From Candidatus Eiseniibacteriota bacterium (GTDB lineage: Bacteria > Orphanbacterota > Orphanbacteria > Orphanbacterales > Orphanbacteraceae): 34,535 nucleotides of DNA. The position numbers were made by a program, and so were the translations under genes. A model generated the notes under the pieces. That model ran no database searches, was not told the origin of the DNA, and saw nothing but the letters and a program-made list of their open reading frames with translations. The stretch lies in assembly GCA_043809585.1 (NCBI GenBank), contig JBDROZ010000072.1, forward strand, positions 62,001 to 96,535, given 5' to 3'. Every line of letters begins with the position of its first letter. Within the stretch, counting starts at the first letter, position 1. Positions 32,905 to 34,535 of this stretch are shown piece by piece.

Positions 32905-34275
32905 CTACCTGCTCCGTTTCTTCGAGGTCCTCTTGCGCCCGGGCGCGCTCTTCGAAGCCTGCTTCCAAAACCGGGTGATGACTTCCTCCAGGTCGGGCTT
33001 GCCGATCTCCTGCAGGGAGTAGGTGACGCGGACCGTCGGGAGCGGGATGTCGATGAGCCGGGAGAGGTCGATGGGCGTGCCGATCACGACGACTTCCGCG
33101 TCGGAGGCCTTGATGGTCCGTTCCAGATCCCTCACCTGCTTCTTCCCGTAACCCATCGCCGGGAGCACCGGTCCGGTTTCCGGGTATTGCTCGAAAGTCC
33201 GGGCGATCGTCCCCTTCGCGAAGTCCCGGGGATCCACCGCCTCGGCGGCTCCGAATTTGAGGGCCGCGACCATGCCGGCGCCGAACTCCATCTCCCCGTG
33301 GGTGACGGTCGGGCCGTCCTCGATGATCAGGACCCGCTTGCCCGGGAGCAGCTCCGGCCTGTCCACCGAAACGGGCGAGGCCGCGTCGATGATCACGGCG
33401 TTCGGGTTCGCCGCCCGAACGTTGCGGCGGACCTCTTCGATGTCGTCCGCGTCGGCCGTGTCGATCTTGTTGATCACGACCACGTCCGCCATCTTCACGT
33501 TGGCCTCGCCGGGATGGTACGAGACCTCGTCCCCGGGCCGGTGGGGATCGACGACGACGATGGCGAGATCCGGCTTGAAGAAGGGCATGTCGTTGTTCCC
33601 GCCGTCCCAGATCACCACGTCCGCCTCTTTCTCCATCTCTTTGAGAATCGCCCCGTAATCGACCCCGGCGAAGACCGGTGTCTTGTTCATCAGGTGCGGT
33701 TCGTACTCCTCGCGCTCCTCGATGGTGCACTCGTGCTTCTCGAGGTCCTTGTACGTCCTGAAGCGCTGCACCGCCTGTTTCGCCAGGTCGCCGTACGGCA
33801 TCGGGTGGCGGGCCACCGCCGGCTTGGCGCCGAGGGCCCGGAGGATGTCGACGACCCGGCGCGTGGTCTGGCTCTTTCCCGATCCCGTCCGGCCCGCGCA
33901 AACCGAGACGACCGGCTTCGTGCTCGGAATCGCCGTGGCCTTCATGCCCATCAGGCGGTAGTCCGGCCCGGCGGCGAGCACCGACGAGCCGATGTTCATC
34001 ACGTACTCGTGGGGGATGTCGCTGTAGGCGAAAATCACTTCGTCGATCTTCTTCGCCTCGATGAACTCCAGGAGTTCCGACTCGGCGATGATCGGAATGG
34101 GCGCGTCGTAGTGGGGCCCGGCCAGCGCGAGCGGGTAGGCGCGCCCGTCGATGTTCGGGATTTGGGTGGCCGTGAACGCCACGACTTCGCTGTCCGGATC
34201 GTTCCGGAACACCGTATTGAACGTGTGAAAATCTCGGCCCGCGGCCCCCATGATCACCACGCGTTTCCTCTTCAT
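32905..34275 (-). CDS. COG2403 P-loop protein (cyclic 2,3-diphosphoglycerate synthetase / arginine synthetase-like)
   Basis: IMGAAGRDFHTFN, VAFTATQIPNI, RTGSGKSQT, RHPMPYG, TIEEREEYE, WDGGNND, EDGPTVTHG. ATG 34275 follows GGGAG. Confidence 0.8.
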   Translation of the reverse strand: MKRKRVVIMGAAGRDFHTFNTVFRNDPDSEVVAFTATQIPNIDGRAYPLALAGPHYDAPIPIIAESELLEFIEAKKIDEVIFAYSDIPHEYVMNIGSSVLAAGPDYRLMGMKATAIPSTKPVVSVCAGRTGSGKSQTTRRVVDILRALGAKPAVARHPMPYGDLAKQAVQRFRTYKDLEKHECTIEEREEYEPHLMNKTPVFAGVDYGAILKEMEKEADVVIWDGGNNDMPFFKPDLAIVVVDPHRPGDEVSYHPGEANVKMADVVVINKIDTADADDIEEVRRNVRAANPNAVIIDAASPVSVDRPELLPGKRVLIIEDGPTVTHGEMEFGAGMVAALKFGAAEAVDPRDFAKGTIARTFEQYPETGPVLPAMGYGKKQVRDLERTIKASDAEVVVIGTPIDLSRLIDIPLPTVRVTYSLQEIGKPDLEEVITRFWKQASKSAPGRKRTSKKRSR

Positions 34276-34364
34276 TCTCTCCCGTCCTTCATGCGGTTCT
34301 CGTTGACTCGGGACCGGCGGAGGCCGAACCGACTGAGGCCTGGGCCCCTGGAACACGGATGCCG

Positions 34365-34373
34365 ATTGTAACA
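34365..34373 (-). promoter_or_regulatory. Extended -10 promoter for the COG2403-sucCD-ndk operon
   Basis: Minus strand TGT-TACAAT (TGn + -10), about 90 nt upstream of the start codon. Confidence 0.45.
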
Positions 34374-34375
34374 CC

Positions 34376-34535
34376 TAGCCTGGATTATGCACATATCTCC
34401 TACTGCGATCTCGGATCGCCGCCTGCGAAGCCTCCTTTCCTTCGCCGCCTCCTCGACGGGGCCCGTGGCGCACTTTCATCTTCTCGCGACCGCTCGGAGC
34501 GAGAAGTGTTAGTGCGCCGGGGGAGCCCCCCGGGC
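34376..34535 (+). repeat. Imperfect palindromic intergenic element, copy C (truncated by the window end)
   Basis: TAGCC...TCCTACTGCG...CTGCGAAGCCTCCTTTCC-TCGCCGC-TCCTC...GGGGCCCGT...AAGTGTTAG...GGGGGAG aligns nearly gap-free with the reverse complement of 23610-23770. Confidence 0.88.

Overview
GC-rich bacterial chromosomal segment, mostly housekeeping genes on the minus strand: gcvT (partial), frameshifted uvrA, an acyl-CoA dehydrogenase plus a B12 acyl-CoA mutase module (isobutyryl-CoA mutase-type large subunit, B12-binding small subunit, MeaB), ROK kinase, rpoZ, tmk, HU, DUF92, suhB, tatC, frameshifted nrdR, an apparent rpiB-glyA fusion, a YwlE-type phosphatase, tsaC/sua5, purE, purD, a PorV-family outer-membrane protein, a TPR protein, a second HU, a DUF4340 protein, a complete tol-pal-cpoB operon, a third very atypical HU, a GT4 glycosyltransferase, ndk, sucCD and a COG2403 (cDPGS/arginine synthetase-like) protein. 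The organism is a diderm; the PorV-family gene hints at FCB-related lineages (inference). I found no rRNA, tRNA, CRISPR or transposase. The most striking unexplained signal is a family of long imperfect palindromic intergenic elements with three copies (19188-19368, 23524-23770, 34376-end). Each starts with TAG and carries short motifs at identical offsets (28/48/68), and the stems show compensatory base changes. Two copies supply the stop codon of the upstream gene. Other oddities: SucD with a histone H1-like tail, and an HU paralog lacking the intercalating proline behind a sigma54-like promoter.
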